The translations under genes and the position numbers were made by a program. Positions 48,387 through 58,411 of a stretch of 64,000 nt of DNA are shown in pieces (positions within the stretch are counted from its first letter, which is position 1; each line of letters opens with the position of its first letter). Location: positions 320,001 to 384,000 of the forward strand of contig CAVQUB010000013.1 in assembly GCA_963716725.1 (NCBI GenBank), given 5' to 3'. The stretch is from an uncultured delta proteobacterium (lineage in GTDB: Bacteria; Myxococcota_A; Polyangia; Polyangiales; Polyangiaceae). Below the pieces are notes generated by a model, which worked only from the letters and a program-made list of their open reading frames with translations, was not told where the DNA came from and ran no database searches.

Positions 48387-48596
48387 GTGCTGGTCTGTCA
48401 CTGCCACAAGGTCTGCCACCGAAGAGTCCTGGAAGCCTGCGACGCCGGCGCGGAGAGCGTGGAAGAGGTCGGCCGCGCCTGCGGGGCCGGCACCAGTTGC
48501 GGCGGCTGTCGCCCTCTGGTCGAGGATCTAATCCGCGTGCATCGCCGCGCGGCCGCCAGCTCCGGCGAACCCCAGAGCCACGCTCCGGCCGCCTGA
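48387..48596 (+). CDS. bfd: Bacterioferritin-associated [2Fe-2S] ferredoxin
   Basis: VCHC...GAGTSCGGC; GGAGG RBS; next to bfr. Confidence 0.9.
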   Translation: MLVCHCHKVCHRRVLEACDAGAESVEEVGRACGAGTSCGGCRPLVEDLIRVHRRAAASSGEPQSHAPAA

Positions 48597-48733
48597 TCAC
48601 GCGCCTGGGAGCTGCAAGCGCGGACAGCCCGCTCTCGGCGCTGCGCTCCCGGCTCGAAGGCGCGAGGTTGATCACGCAAGCTGGCACTGATGGTCGGCGC
48701 CACGTCATACTGCCCCGGCTCCCCGCCCGGCTC

Positions 48734-49789
48734 ATGTCCTCGCAAGCCCGCCTCAGCGCACTGATCAACGCCGCGAGGCGGCTCAGCGATCCCCGGGACC
48801 CGTTGGGTCACGCGGCCCGCGCCCAGCTGCCCTCGAGCACTGGGCTGTCGCCGGAGAACGTCGAACTCGCCCTGCGCGAGGTGCTGGAGACCGAGCCCAC
48901 CGAGAGCGAGATCCGCGCGCTGATCGCCTCGGCTCCACCGGCGCCCCGCGTGCACGTCCAGCTCGCGCCGAACGTGTTCACCGCTCCGCTCCGGGCCATC
49001 GCGCTGGCGCTGGCCCAATCGCCCAGCGTGTTCGTCCGTGCGTCGCGACGTGAGCCCGTGTTCGCTCGATTGCTCCAGCAAGCCTCCGCGGCCTTCGAGC
49101 TCGTCGAGTCGCTGGCGCCGGCGCCCGGCGATCACCTCTGGGCCTACGGCTCAGACGACACGCTGTCGAGCCTCCTTCGGCAGCTGCCGGCCGGCGTCGT
49201 TCTGCACGCTCACGGCCCGGGGTTCGGCATCGCGTTGATCGCCGCAGGCGCTTCCGGCGCGGCGAGTGCCTTGGCGAGCGACCTGGTTCCCTTCGACCAG
49301 CGCGGCTGCTTGAGCCCTCGCGTGGCGGTGGTCGTGGGTACGGCGGACGACGCGCGCAGCTTCGCACGAGAGGTCGCGCTGGAGCTGGATCGCGCCGCGT
49401 CGCGGGTGCCGCTCGGCCGCATCGATGACGATGAACGCGCGGCGTGTGCCCTGCTGCGCGAGACCATGAGCTACGCCGGTGAGGTCTTCGGTTGCGGCTC
49501 GGGCTGGGTCGCCGTGGACGAGGTCCCCCAGCGCTTGGTGCCCACGCCGGGCGCGCGGTCCTTGGTGGTGACACGCTCGGAATCGTCGCTCGACTGGCTT
49601 CAAGCCTTCGACGCCGTCATCACTTGCGTGGGGATCGCGGGGCCCGAGTCCCTCGTGCACGCGGCGGCGCAGGCGCTGCCCGGCGCACGACTGTGTCCGC
49701 TCGGCGGCATGCAGCGCCCGGCCTTCGACGGTCCGGTGGATCGGCGGCCCGGGTCGCGACCGCGACGCACCGGGGGGGATTCGAGCTAG
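48734..49789 (+). CDS. LuxC-like acyl-CoA reductase
   Basis: STGLSPENV, AYGSDDTL, HGPGFG, FDQRGCLSP (catalytic Cys), GGMQRP..DG. Confidence 0.82.
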   Translation: MSSQARLSALINAARRLSDPRDPLGHAARAQLPSSTGLSPENVELALREVLETEPTESEIRALIASAPPAPRVHVQLAPNVFTAPLRAIALALAQSPSVFVRASRREPVFARLLQQASAAFELVESLAPAPGDHLWAYGSDDTLSSLLRQLPAGVVLHAHGPGFGIALIAAGASGAASALASDLVPFDQRGCLSPRVAVVVGTADDARSFAREVALELDRAASRVPLGRIDDDERAACALLRETMSYAGEVFGCGSGWVAVDEVPQRLVPTPGARSLVVTRSESSLDWLQAFDAVITCVGIAGPESLVHAAAQALPGARLCPLGGMQRPAFDGPVDRRPGSRPRRTGGDSS

Positions 49790-49805
49790 ACTCCGCCCGG
49801 TGTCG

Positions 49806-51074
49806 ATGACGAAGCGGGGCGGATTGCTCCTGGGGCTCCTCGGCCTCGGCGCGTGCGGCAACCCGCTGATGGGCGGCAGCGGCGGCGCGCTCCGGGCCAA
49901 AGCACCCGAAACAGAGACGGGGCAGTCGAAGTGCAAGGTCGCCGCCAGCGCGGAGAACCCGCTGGTGACCGAGTGGCCGGCGTCCGAGAAGGCCAACCTC
50001 GAGGCGCGATTGCGCGAGGGAGGCGTGGTCGTCAGCTATTCGGGCTGCGAGATGAAACTGTTGCCGCAGTGCCGCGTGCGCGGCGCCTACGGCTGGCGCC
50101 GCACCACGACGACCACCGATGTGGTGGAGATCCACGACGCCGATGAGCTCTACGCGAAGCTGCCCCTCGGTGCAGTCTCCCTCGAGGGCCAGCTCGAGCG
50201 GAGCGGTCGCCTCGCGGTGCAAACCACGATCGCCGGGCAGCTGGAGCTGCAGGGCTGGGACAAACAGGTCTCCGAGGACGCGACCTGCGCGGGCGCCAGC
50301 CACCTGGTCGGCGCGCTGTCCATCGGCGCCTTCAAGCTGCGGGCTGGTGGCAGCCTGAAGGCCAAGGGCGGAGTGGGCGTGGTCGGCGTAGGCTCGACGG
50401 GCGCCGCGACTCAGAGTTCGGAGTCCGTACTGCGGGAGGCCGGGTCGCCGGACGCCTGCAAAGAGTCGACGGACGCGGCTGCGCACAATGAGTGCCGATC
50501 GCCGATTCAGGTCTTCCTCTGGCCGCTGCCCAAGGAGCTGGCCGACCGCGGCCCCGCAGGCGCCGTCAAGGTCAACTTCCTCTCGGCAAACTCCGAGCAC
50601 CAGTACGACGTCGCAGTGAGCGACCGGAAGCTGTGCACCACCCCCTGCTCGCGTTGGGTGGATCCGGCCGTTCCATTCAGCTTCGTGCACGAAGCGGCCT
50701 GGTACGAGCGCAACGAGCGCATTGAAGTGCCAGATCTGCGCGAGCACCAGGCGAAGGGCAACAAGGTCGACGCTCGCGCCTACCCCACCAAGACCGGCAA
50801 GCTGGCCGGCGGCATCGTCATGACGACCTTCGGCGGCATCGGTGTGCTCACCGGCGCAGCGCTGACGGCTGTCGGCGCCGCCAAAGACCAGAGCTCCACG
50901 CTCACCGCGGGCCTGATCACGCTGCCGGTGGGCATCGGGCTCACGGTGCCTGGGATTTTGCTGATCGTGAACAGCGGGTCTCGAGTCGAGATTGATCCGG
51001 CCAACCCGAATGCACCCGCGCCGATGCCCACCGCGGCGCGACGCCTCGAGCTCGGAGTGGGCGGACGGTTCTGA
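49806..51074 (+). CDS. Hypothetical lipoprotein with C-terminal hydrophobic hairpin
   Basis: Lipobox LGAC; several Cys; two C-terminal Gly-rich hydrophobic segments. Confidence 0.7.
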   Translation: MTKRGGLLLGLLGLGACGNPLMGGSGGALRAKAPETETGQSKCKVAASAENPLVTEWPASEKANLEARLREGGVVVSYSGCEMKLLPQCRVRGAYGWRRTTTTTDVVEIHDADELYAKLPLGAVSLEGQLERSGRLAVQTTIAGQLELQGWDKQVSEDATCAGASHLVGALSIGAFKLRAGGSLKAKGGVGVVGVGSTGAATQSSESVLREAGSPDACKESTDAAAHNECRSPIQVFLWPLPKELADRGPAGAVKVNFLSANSEHQYDVAVSDRKLCTTPCSRWVDPAVPFSFVHEAAWYERNERIEVPDLREHQAKGNKVDARAYPTKTGKLAGGIVMTTFGGIGVLTGAALTAVGAAKDQSSTLTAGLITLPVGIGLTVPGILLIVNSGSRVEIDPANPNAPAPMPTAARRLELGVGGRF

Positions 51075-51078
51075 GGGC

Positions 51079-52653
51079 TCACACGCCGTCGGCGGCGAGG
51101 GAGTCGAGCACGTTCTCCCGCGGACGCACGTGGAAGAGCAGACTGCGGAGCGGAGCCTCCGCCATGATTCCCTCCCAGGTTCGACGCCGCGGCCGCTTCA
51201 TCTGATCGGCGAGCGCGTCGGGAAAGCCCGTCAAGGGATCGATGTCCTCGATCAGGATCGCGTGCTGATGGATCAAGCCATCGGCCTTCTTGCCCTGAAT
51301 GGCCACCACGTCACCGGGAAGGAAGAGATCGGCGGCGGCGACGAGCGAGCGAAAGAAACGCGATCGTTCCCCAAAGGCGACGCGCTCCTCGGGCTCGAGG
51401 CGCCGATGCTCGAAGAGCTCGGGATGCTCCGAGGCGAACTTCTCGAAGGCGAGCACGGATCGTCGGTTCACGATCCCCAGCTGGTCGAAGTCCAAGCCTC
51501 CCACCTTGCGCCCGAGCTCTGCGCCCCGAGCCGAGAACCAGGTCCCGGAGGCGCGCTCGAAGCTGTCGAGCACGAAGTCCACGCACATCTGTGGCGGCAG
51601 GGGTCGCCCGCGGCTGTCGAAGACCGGATAGCTCTGTTCCTCGTGGCTGAAATAGGGCTGTCCGCGCTGATACGCCCAGCGCCACGCCGGCCGCAGCTGC
51701 CCGTCGCGCTCGGCGGTCTTTTCGTCTTTGGGTCGGTCGAAGGGCACGGCTTCCGCCACTTGTTCGTCGATGGCCGTCCGCAAACGAGCCAGGGCGGCCC
51801 GCCGTCGCGTGCCCGCGCTTCGAATGCGAGCGATCTGCTCGCGCTCGCTCTTTGGAGCGTCGTGACAGGCGATCGACAGCGCCGCTCCCTTGGACTCGAG
51901 CAGGGTCTTCACCCACACCTCTCCGAAGCGGAGCTCGGCCAAGAGGGCCTTCGAGGTGCGCCGGGAGATGCGCGCTCGCAAAAAACCCGCCTCGCGCCCC
52001 AACGCCCGGAGGTCCCGGTGAAGCGGCTCACCCAACTCGGTCTTCCGTACCGCCACGCGATCCCCGAGCAGCAGTTCGCCCGGGCGTCCGTCGGCGGACC
52101 GATAGCTGGCGAAGCGCCCCGCGCTGCGCCGCAGCTCGAAGGTAGTAGCGCCGCGCTGAACTACGATCTCGGGTTCGTCGAAGAGGGCCGTCAGCTCGAT
52201 CATCGTCACCAGGGCGAGGGCCTCGTGCGGATGCCTCGAGTAGAGGTAGCCCTCGCGCAGCAAGAGCGCCCGCAAGGTGGCTCGGTCACCGCGGTGGCGC
52301 GTGAGCGCGTTCTTCACGCTGGACGGCCCCGGCTTCTTCGCCAGCGCCTCAGCCGTGCTTCGCGCGCCGGCCGGGAGCGCGCGCGCGTCGCTGCGCTCGG
52401 GCTCACGGAGCCAGATCAACGGCTCGCCGCGAGCGCGACCCAGGATCTCGATGCGAGCCTCGTCGATCGCCGGAGCTCCCGGGAGCTCCGCTTCGGTCGC
52501 GAGAGAAGCGAGCCGGCTGCGACAGGCGTCGAGTTCGACGTCCCGCGGCGCTTCGGCCGGCGCCGGCGCCGCGCTGGGAATCGGCGAGGGAGCTGCGGAG
52601 GTCCGCCCGCAACCAGCGAGCATGAACCAGACTAGGACGACGCCGGCGCGCAT
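51079..52653 (-). CDS. Lipoprotein with putative C-terminal NlpC/P60-like (Cys-His) domain
   Basis: Lipobox LAGC; QMCVDFV...PGDVVAI...HQHAILI. Confidence 0.6.
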   Translation of the reverse strand: MRAGVVLVWFMLAGCGRTSAAPSPIPSAAPAPAEAPRDVELDACRSRLASLATEAELPGAPAIDEARIEILGRARGEPLIWLREPERSDARALPAGARSTAEALAKKPGPSSVKNALTRHRGDRATLRALLLREGYLYSRHPHEALALVTMIELTALFDEPEIVVQRGATTFELRRSAGRFASYRSADGRPGELLLGDRVAVRKTELGEPLHRDLRALGREAGFLRARISRRTSKALLAELRFGEVWVKTLLESKGAALSIACHDAPKSEREQIARIRSAGTRRRAALARLRTAIDEQVAEAVPFDRPKDEKTAERDGQLRPAWRWAYQRGQPYFSHEEQSYPVFDSRGRPLPPQMCVDFVLDSFERASGTWFSARGAELGRKVGGLDFDQLGIVNRRSVLAFEKFASEHPELFEHRRLEPEERVAFGERSRFFRSLVAAADLFLPGDVVAIQGKKADGLIHQHAILIEDIDPLTGFPDALADQMKRPRRRTWEGIMAEAPLRSLLFHVRPRENVLDSLAADGV

Positions 52654-52732
52654 CTTCGCCCATGCTAACGCCAGAACGGACCCGCGCATTCACTTTGCCG
52701 CAGGATCCGAGTAGGTTTCGGCGCTGGCGCTC

Positions 52733-54562
52733 ATGAGAACTCTGACTCGGGGATGGTTGGCGGGCGCCGGGGCGCTCGCGTTGGTGGCCGCAGGCGCGCT
52801 TTCGTGCAGCGATGGCGAAGAGGGAGGCGAGGCTGCGACCAGCTCATCGGGAGGCGGCGCGGGCGGGAGCGGCGGCGCGGCGGGAGCGGCCGGGCTCGCG
52901 GGGGCCGGCGCGTCGACCGGTCAAGTCTGCGGCAACGGGAAGCTCGAGGGCGAGGAGGAGTGCGACGACGGCAATTTCGTCGGGGCCGACGGCTGCGAAA
53001 ACAACTGCGACGTCACCTGCAAGTCGGCAGGCGACTGCGATGACGCGGATCCCTGCACGGGAACCGAGGCCTGCGGCGCCAACCACGCCTGCAGCGCCGG
53101 CACTCCGCTGTCGGACGGTACGGCCTGCGGGGAGGGGCTGGTCTGCGTGAACGGCAACTGCGCCACGCCTCAATGCGGCGACGGCCAGAAGCAGATCGGC
53201 GAGGAGTGCGACGACGGCAACGCCCTGAGTGGAGACGGCTGCGACTTCTGCAAATTCTCGTGCGTGTCGACGGACGCCCTTCGAGATTGCACGAAGAGCG
53301 GTGACTCCTGCGCCGGAACGAACGCCTGTGACGACGTCAAGCACACCTGCACCGCCGGCGCGAAGCTCAGCGAGGGCGCGGCCTGTGGCGCCGGCACCGG
53401 CAAGTGCCTGGGCGGCATCTGCACGCTCCTCAGCTGCGGCAACGCGCAACTCGACTCCGGCGAAGAGTGCGACCCACCGGCAGCCGGCACTTGCAGCGCG
53501 CAATGCCAGAAGGTCGTCACGCCCGTCTGCGGCAATGGGACCATCGAGCCACCGGAGCACTGCGACGATCAGGCCACGGCAAACTTGGACGGCTGCGGCG
53601 CAAAGTGCGCCTACGAGATGGTGCTCCGCATGATCGATCTCGACATTCGCGGCGGCCCGGCCCCGAGCTTCTGCAGCGTCACCAAGAACCAGCTGGGGAA
53701 TGTGGCGCTGACACCGACCGCGCTCAGCACCCTGAACAACGATTTGCAGAAGGGCATCGACAGCGGCGGCACGAACATCATGCTGCAGCTGCTCGGCCTC
53801 GACGAACTCACCGGCACTGCAGATGCCTCCATCGAGATCGGCGTGCTCTCGGGCGAACTCGACAAGGCCAAGGGCACGTGGCCAATCGACGGCACGAACC
53901 CCATCGACTGGTGGTTCTCCATCGACCAAAAGGGGGTCGACGCCAGCGGGCTTCCGACGGGCAAGATCGGCGCAGGATCGATCCTCGCGAAGGTGCTCAC
54001 CGCGGGGCCCAGCACCATCGACCTCGCGCTGACGCTCGGTGGCAGCGCCGCGGTGCTCGGAATGCGTGACGCAAAATTGCGCGCTGCCGCCAGCGGCGCA
54101 CCGGACGTCCCCGCACCTCCGCCGGCCTCCCTCGCCGCAGGGCTCGCCGTATTCGGCGAGCTGCTGTCGAACCAAAGTAGCCAGGGCTTGTGCGGCAACG
54201 TGACCGTGAGCTCGCTCGCCAAGATCCCGATCCCCGAGACGCTCACGGTCGGCTTCGCCGCCTGCCAGGAGTGCCCCGGATCCAAGAAGTACAAGTTCTG
54301 CGGCAAGGACCAGCCCGTCAGCGACAGCTGCAATTCGTTGCTCGATGCGCTGGTCGGCGGTTGCAAGGGCTTCAACTGCGCCCTGACCACCGTCAACCCC
54401 ACGCAACCCGACGTGGCCAAGCCCGCGGGAAAGCTCACGCTGCTCGAGAATCAAGGGGCGCTGAACAAGATCCCGAGCGCCGACGCGACCGACAACCTCG
54501 ACGCGTACTCGGCGTTCCTGTCGTTCCGCGCGCGCCGCGCGCACATCACCGCGAAGCACTGA
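52733..54562 (+). CDS. Myxobacterial cysteine-rich repeat (DUF4215-like) lipoprotein
   Basis: Lipobox ALSC; repeated CGNG..E..EECDDGN...DGC motifs. Confidence 0.88.
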   Translation: MRTLTRGWLAGAGALALVAAGALSCSDGEEGGEAATSSSGGGAGGSGGAAGAAGLAGAGASTGQVCGNGKLEGEEECDDGNFVGADGCENNCDVTCKSAGDCDDADPCTGTEACGANHACSAGTPLSDGTACGEGLVCVNGNCATPQCGDGQKQIGEECDDGNALSGDGCDFCKFSCVSTDALRDCTKSGDSCAGTNACDDVKHTCTAGAKLSEGAACGAGTGKCLGGICTLLSCGNAQLDSGEECDPPAAGTCSAQCQKVVTPVCGNGTIEPPEHCDDQATANLDGCGAKCAYEMVLRMIDLDIRGGPAPSFCSVTKNQLGNVALTPTALSTLNNDLQKGIDSGGTNIMLQLLGLDELTGTADASIEIGVLSGELDKAKGTWPIDGTNPIDWWFSIDQKGVDASGLPTGKIGAGSILAKVLTAGPSTIDLALTLGGSAAVLGMRDAKLRAAASGAPDVPAPPPASLAAGLAVFGELLSNQSSQGLCGNVTVSSLAKIPIPETLTVGFAACQECPGSKKYKFCGKDQPVSDSCNSLLDALVGGCKGFNCALTTVNPTQPDVAKPAGKLTLLENQGALNKIPSADATDNLDAYSAFLSFRARRAHITAKH

Positions 54563-54577
54563 GCGACTGCGGGGCGT

Positions 54578-54952
54578 CTAACCGTGCTCGAGACGCGCAC
54601 GCAGCTCCGCGGCCTCGCTCACGAGTTCGTGGGGTCGGGCGTGATCGAGCAGGGCGCAGGCCCGCTTCTTGTGCTGCTTGGCTCCGCGGCTGTCGCCCTT
54701 TGCTTCGAGCACGATGGCTCGATGCTCGAGCATTAGCGCAGCGAGCACGACCTTGTCACCGCTGCCGATCACCAGCGCGGCGGACCGAGCGTCGAACAGC
54801 TCGATGCCCCGCGGCAGAGCGAGGGCCTGCTCGGCCAAAGTGAGCTCCGCCTCGGCCTCGCCCGGCTGCCCCTCGCGTGCGAGCTTGGCCGCGCGCGCCA
54901 GGGCCTGAGTGAGCTGCTCGATCAGCCGACCGATGTAGTCCTGGCGAAGCAC
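54578..54952 (-). CDS. Small helical hypothetical protein
   Basis: N-terminal RQDYIGRLIEQL; GTG start; codon bias. Confidence 0.65.
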   Translation of the reverse strand: MLRQDYIGRLIEQLTQALARAAKLAREGQPGEAEAELTLAEQALALPRGIELFDARSAALVIGSGDKVVLAALMLEHRAIVLEAKGDSRGAKQHKKRACALLDHARPHELVSEAAELRARLEHG

Positions 54953-55024
54953 GCCCCCAGCGTAGCTCAGTCTCGGCGGCCCGGTCGGGCCCTCGACCCG
55001 ACGGCCGGTCTCGGCCTAAGCTCG

Positions 55025-55747
55025 GTGGGCGTGGGGCATTTTGTCGTGAATTCGCCCTGGCTCGGCCGCTTCGCGGGCGCGCTGCTGCTGCTCGGCGTCA
55101 CCTCGTCCGCGGGGGCGGATCTGGCGCCACCGCCTGGCGCCAAAATCACGCTCGAGCTCAGCGTGGACGGACAGTCGTCGCTCTCTCACCTGCGCTTCTT
55201 CGTGACCAACTGCAAAGAGCCCGTCGAAGAGTCGGTGCTGGAGGCGGACAAGCCACTGATCTGCAACCCGGAGCGCGGACCCGTGCGCGTCATCGGCCTC
55301 AAGGAGGGCGATCTGATCGATCTCTTCGCGCTCATCCGTCGGGACGCCGGGCGCGCAGAGTCGGCGATCTTCCTCTCGCAGAAGGTCAAGACCTGCGGGG
55401 AGATCGAAGAGCGGGATCGCAACTTCTCCCAGGTGTCGCAGGTCACCTTGGTGCAGGCTCGATACGCCATCGCGCCTCATGGCAAGGACGGCTGCAAGCT
55501 GACGCGCATCTCGGCCACCACCAAGACCAAGGCCGATCTCCAAGCAGCGAGCAAACCGACGCCACCCACGCCCACTCCGCCGGCCTCCTCCGTGGCGCCC
55601 CCCGCGCCGACGGCGGCCCAGAAGTCCGACTGCGACTGCCGCGCAGCGCCCGGGGGTCGCGGCGATCTCGGGCTCGGCTGGCTGACCTCGATGTTGGTGC
55701 TCGCGATCACTCGAAGTCGTGCCGCGCGCCCGCGTCAGACGCGCTGA
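55025..55747 (+). CDS. Secreted protein with MYXO-CTERM-like sorting tail
   Basis: Signal peptide ending AGA-DLAPPP; Pro linker; DCDCRAAPG, hydrophobic helix and Arg-rich end. Start uncertain. Confidence 0.7.
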   Translation: MGVGHFVVNSPWLGRFAGALLLLGVTSSAGADLAPPPGAKITLELSVDGQSSLSHLRFFVTNCKEPVEESVLEADKPLICNPERGPVRVIGLKEGDLIDLFALIRRDAGRAESAIFLSQKVKTCGEIEERDRNFSQVSQVTLVQARYAIAPHGKDGCKLTRISATTKTKADLQAASKPTPPTPTPPASSVAPPAPTAAQKSDCDCRAAPGGRGDLGLGWLTSMLVLAITRSRAARPRQTR

Positions 55748-55894
55748 ATCGTCGCCGAGATCAGCATCCACGCCGCCAACGCGAGCAGCACCCAACCGAC
55801 GATGCGCACCCCTCTCGTGATGTGCTGTCGGCCGAAGCGCTCGCGGTGGCGTTCAGCCAGCGCTGCCACGCCCACGAACCAGATCACGGCCATC

Positions 55895-56653
55895 CTACCC
55901 GGCGCTGATCCGCACGACGCCGTCGTCGATGCGTTGCTGGAGCGCAACCTGAGTCGCTCGGCGCGCCGCACCGAGCGCGCGAACCCCGTCTTGGAGACGG
56001 AAGGGTCCCGAACGAGGCAAGCCGTCGAGCACCAACGCCACGAGACCCGGGCGCTTCGGCGGCACCAGGCTCTTGTCGCCCTTGCCGCGCCAGGGCGAGC
56101 GCGACGCGAGGTGATGGTGGAGCACGCGCCGACCGCTGGGCACACCCTCGAGACCGGGGCGGTCCAGGATGCCGCCATCGAGCAAGGGGCGCCCGCCGTG
56201 CCAGGTGGGCTGAAACAACAAAGGCACGGTGCAGCTCGCTTGGATCGCGGGTGCGATCTTTCCGTGGTTGAGCACCCGCGTCGATCGTGAGTACAGATCG
56301 AAGACCGACACGGCCAGCGGCACGCGGCACCCCGAGAAGTGTTCGACCCGCAGCAGGGAGTCGATGCGCGCGCGAAAGCGTCGACCGCGAAGCAACCCCA
56401 GCCCCGGCCAGGGGTCCCAGAAGTCCTCCCGCCGGAGACGCGTGAGCTCGACTTCGAGGGCCGGCGCGTCGATGCCCGAAGCCCAGAGTCCGGCCACCAG
56501 CGCACCGGCGCTCGAGCCCGCGACCTCTGCGGGAAGGACGCCAGCCTCCTCGAGAGCCGCGAGCATGCCGGTGTGCGCAAAGAATCCGAAGAATCCGCTG
56601 GACATCGCCAGCGAAAACGGACCTTCGGCGAGCCAGTCGCGGAGCGTGATCAT
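55895..56653 (-). CDS. Patatin-like phospholipase
   Basis: SSGFFGFFAH, GSSAG nucleophile, ASCTVP, LDGG. Confidence 0.9.
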   Translation of the reverse strand: MITLRDWLAEGPFSLAMSSGFFGFFAHTGMLAALEEAGVLPAEVAGSSAGALVAGLWASGIDAPALEVELTRLRREDFWDPWPGLGLLRGRRFRARIDSLLRVEHFSGCRVPLAVSVFDLYSRSTRVLNHGKIAPAIQASCTVPLLFQPTWHGGRPLLDGGILDRPGLEGVPSGRRVLHHHLASRSPWRGKGDKSLVPPKRPGLVALVLDGLPRSGPFRLQDGVRALGAARRATQVALQQRIDDGVVRISAG

Positions 56654-56744
56654 GCGCGGGAGTGGACTACACTAGCCACTCAATCGCGCTGAGGCCACGT
56701 CGTCGGCTCGACCCTGCGCGGCTCGCAGCAGAACCGAGCTTTCG

Positions 56745-57200
56745 ATGCTGAAGAAACTGCTGTTCACCACCTCGCCGCGCAACCTCAATCTCGCGCTGCT
56801 CTTGCTCCGCCTCGGCTTCGGCGCCTCGATGGCGCTTGCACATGGTCTCGGCAAGGTGAAAGACCTCGCTGGTTTCACGGCGGGCGTGGCCGCTCGCGGG
56901 GTTCCGATTCCGGAGCTCCTGGGTCCGGCGGCCGCGCTCAGCGAGCTGGTTGGTGGCCTCTTGCTCGCGCTCGGCTTGCTCACACGCCCCGCAGCCGGGT
57001 TCGTGCTGGCAACCATGGCGGTGGCAGCCTTCCACGTGCATGGCAACGACCCCTTCGCGCGCAAGGAGCTCGCGCTCGCCCACGGCCTGGTCGCTCTGGC
57101 CATCGCCATCGGAGGGCCAGGACGCTTCAGCTTGGACGCACGGCTATTCGGTCAACCCGGCTTGCCGTCGACCCGCGGCGCCAGCAGCATCGGCACGTAG
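56745..57200 (+). CDS. DoxX family membrane protein
   Basis: LLLRL...HGLGK, ELVGGLLLALGLLTR.AA, GPGRFSLD. Confidence 0.9.
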   Translation: MLKKLLFTTSPRNLNLALLLLRLGFGASMALAHGLGKVKDLAGFTAGVAARGVPIPELLGPAAALSELVGGLLLALGLLTRPAAGFVLATMAVAAFHVHGNDPFARKELALAHGLVALAIAIGGPGRFSLDARLFGQPGLPSTRGASSIGT

Positions 57201-58366
57201 ACGACCAGATAGGCGAGGAACGCCAGAGCGAAGAGCACACCCGCGGTCGTCATCGAGTGCCGGTACGCGACGTTGCCCCCGAGCGGACCGAACACCCGCA
57301 GCAGCGCCGCCACGACCACTGCACCGAAGGCGACGCTGATCACGGGCTTCACCGCCAGCATGCGCCCGGTGTGCCCCAGGGACACTCTCGCCATCATGCC
57401 GAGGGTCAGCGAGCCGATGGCGCCGGCGGTGAACGCATGGAGGGCTGCGCTCGCGGTGAACGCAGGAGTGACCGCCATGCTGGCGCGCAGCAGAAAGCCC
57501 AGGGCGATGAACCCGTGCCCCAGGTGCAAGATCCACAGCAGCGGACTGCGGAAGGTGTGCAGCGTGCCCCAGGTCAGACTCCGGGCCAGCACCAAAATGC
57601 CGGCCAGCGCGGCCAGCGCGCCCACGATTCGTTCGTCGAACGAGGCGAGATCCGCCAGCGCCGCCGCGACGACCCCGGCGATCGCCGCGGTATCGAGCCG
57701 AGGCTGATTGCGAATGGTCTGCTGATCCGTCGCGTTCCTGGTGAACATCGGCACGACGCGGGCCGTCATCACCACGATCATGGCGATGATCACATAGGTC
57801 GCGAGCCACGCCCCTTTGCGCGACCCCTCAGCCCAGATGCCGAGCGATCCGAGATGCATGGCTAGGTTGCCCAAGAAGAGCAGCGAAAGCATGACGACGA
57901 ACTGATAGTTTCGTTGATTCCGCGCGGTGACGATCGGCCTCGCGCACGCCCATGCCAAGAGTGGGAGAAAGGCGAGGTCGACCGCGGCGGGCACGAAGCG
58001 CGGCAAGCGATCCGCCACCAGCGGTGCGACGCGGCCGGCGAGCCACACCGCTGCCAGAACCGCCAAGAGCCTTCCAGTGGCGGTCTCCCGCGAGGTCCAG
58101 TTGCCGATCGCGGTGAGCAGAAACCCAGCGATCACCGCCAGGGCGAAGCCAAAGAGCATCTCGTGCGCGTGCCAGAAGGTAGCGCCGAAATACGCTCCCG
58201 GATTCATCCCGCCCCGCAGCGCGAGCACCCAGATCGGCATCACGACCGCGGCCTGAGCCGCTGCGAGCAAGAAGAATGGGCGAAAGCCCTTGGCAAGGAT
58301 TGCGGGCTTGACCAGCGGAGTTGCCGGCCCCGACTGGAGGAGGGAACGTTGCACCACGGGCCGCAT
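57152..58366 (-). CDS. nnrS: NnrS family protein
   Basis: GFRPFFL, WHAHEMLFGF, GFLLTA..NW, RVVPMFT, LHA, GMMARVSLGHTGR. Confidence 0.95.
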   Translation of the reverse strand: MRPVVQRSLLQSGPATPLVKPAILAKGFRPFFLLAAAQAAVVMPIWVLALRGGMNPGAYFGATFWHAHEMLFGFALAVIAGFLLTAIGNWTSRETATGRLLAVLAAVWLAGRVAPLVADRLPRFVPAAVDLAFLPLLAWACARPIVTARNQRNYQFVVMLSLLFLGNLAMHLGSLGIWAEGSRKGAWLATYVIIAMIVVMTARVVPMFTRNATDQQTIRNQPRLDTAAIAGVVAAALADLASFDERIVGALAALAGILVLARSLTWGTLHTFRSPLLWILHLGHGFIALGFLLRASMAVTPAFTASAALHAFTAGAIGSLTLGMMARVSLGHTGRMLAVKPVISVAFGAVVVAALLRVFGPLGGNVAYRHSMTTAGVLFALAFLAYLVVYVPMLLAPRVDGKPG

Positions 58367-58411
58367 GTAGCGCCAGAGCCTGGCCGAGCCAAGCCCCCTG
58401 CGGGAAGACGC

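Noticed and set aside
45376..49789. Bioluminescence (lux) operon
   Set aside because: No luxA/luxB luciferase or luxD is in the window; only the reductase and synthetase homologues are present.
52927..53610. Repeated nucleotide units (tgcggcaac...gagtgcgacgacggcaa) resembling a spaced array
   Set aside because: They encode Cys-rich protein repeats inside a CDS; not a CRISPR array, and no cas genes are present.
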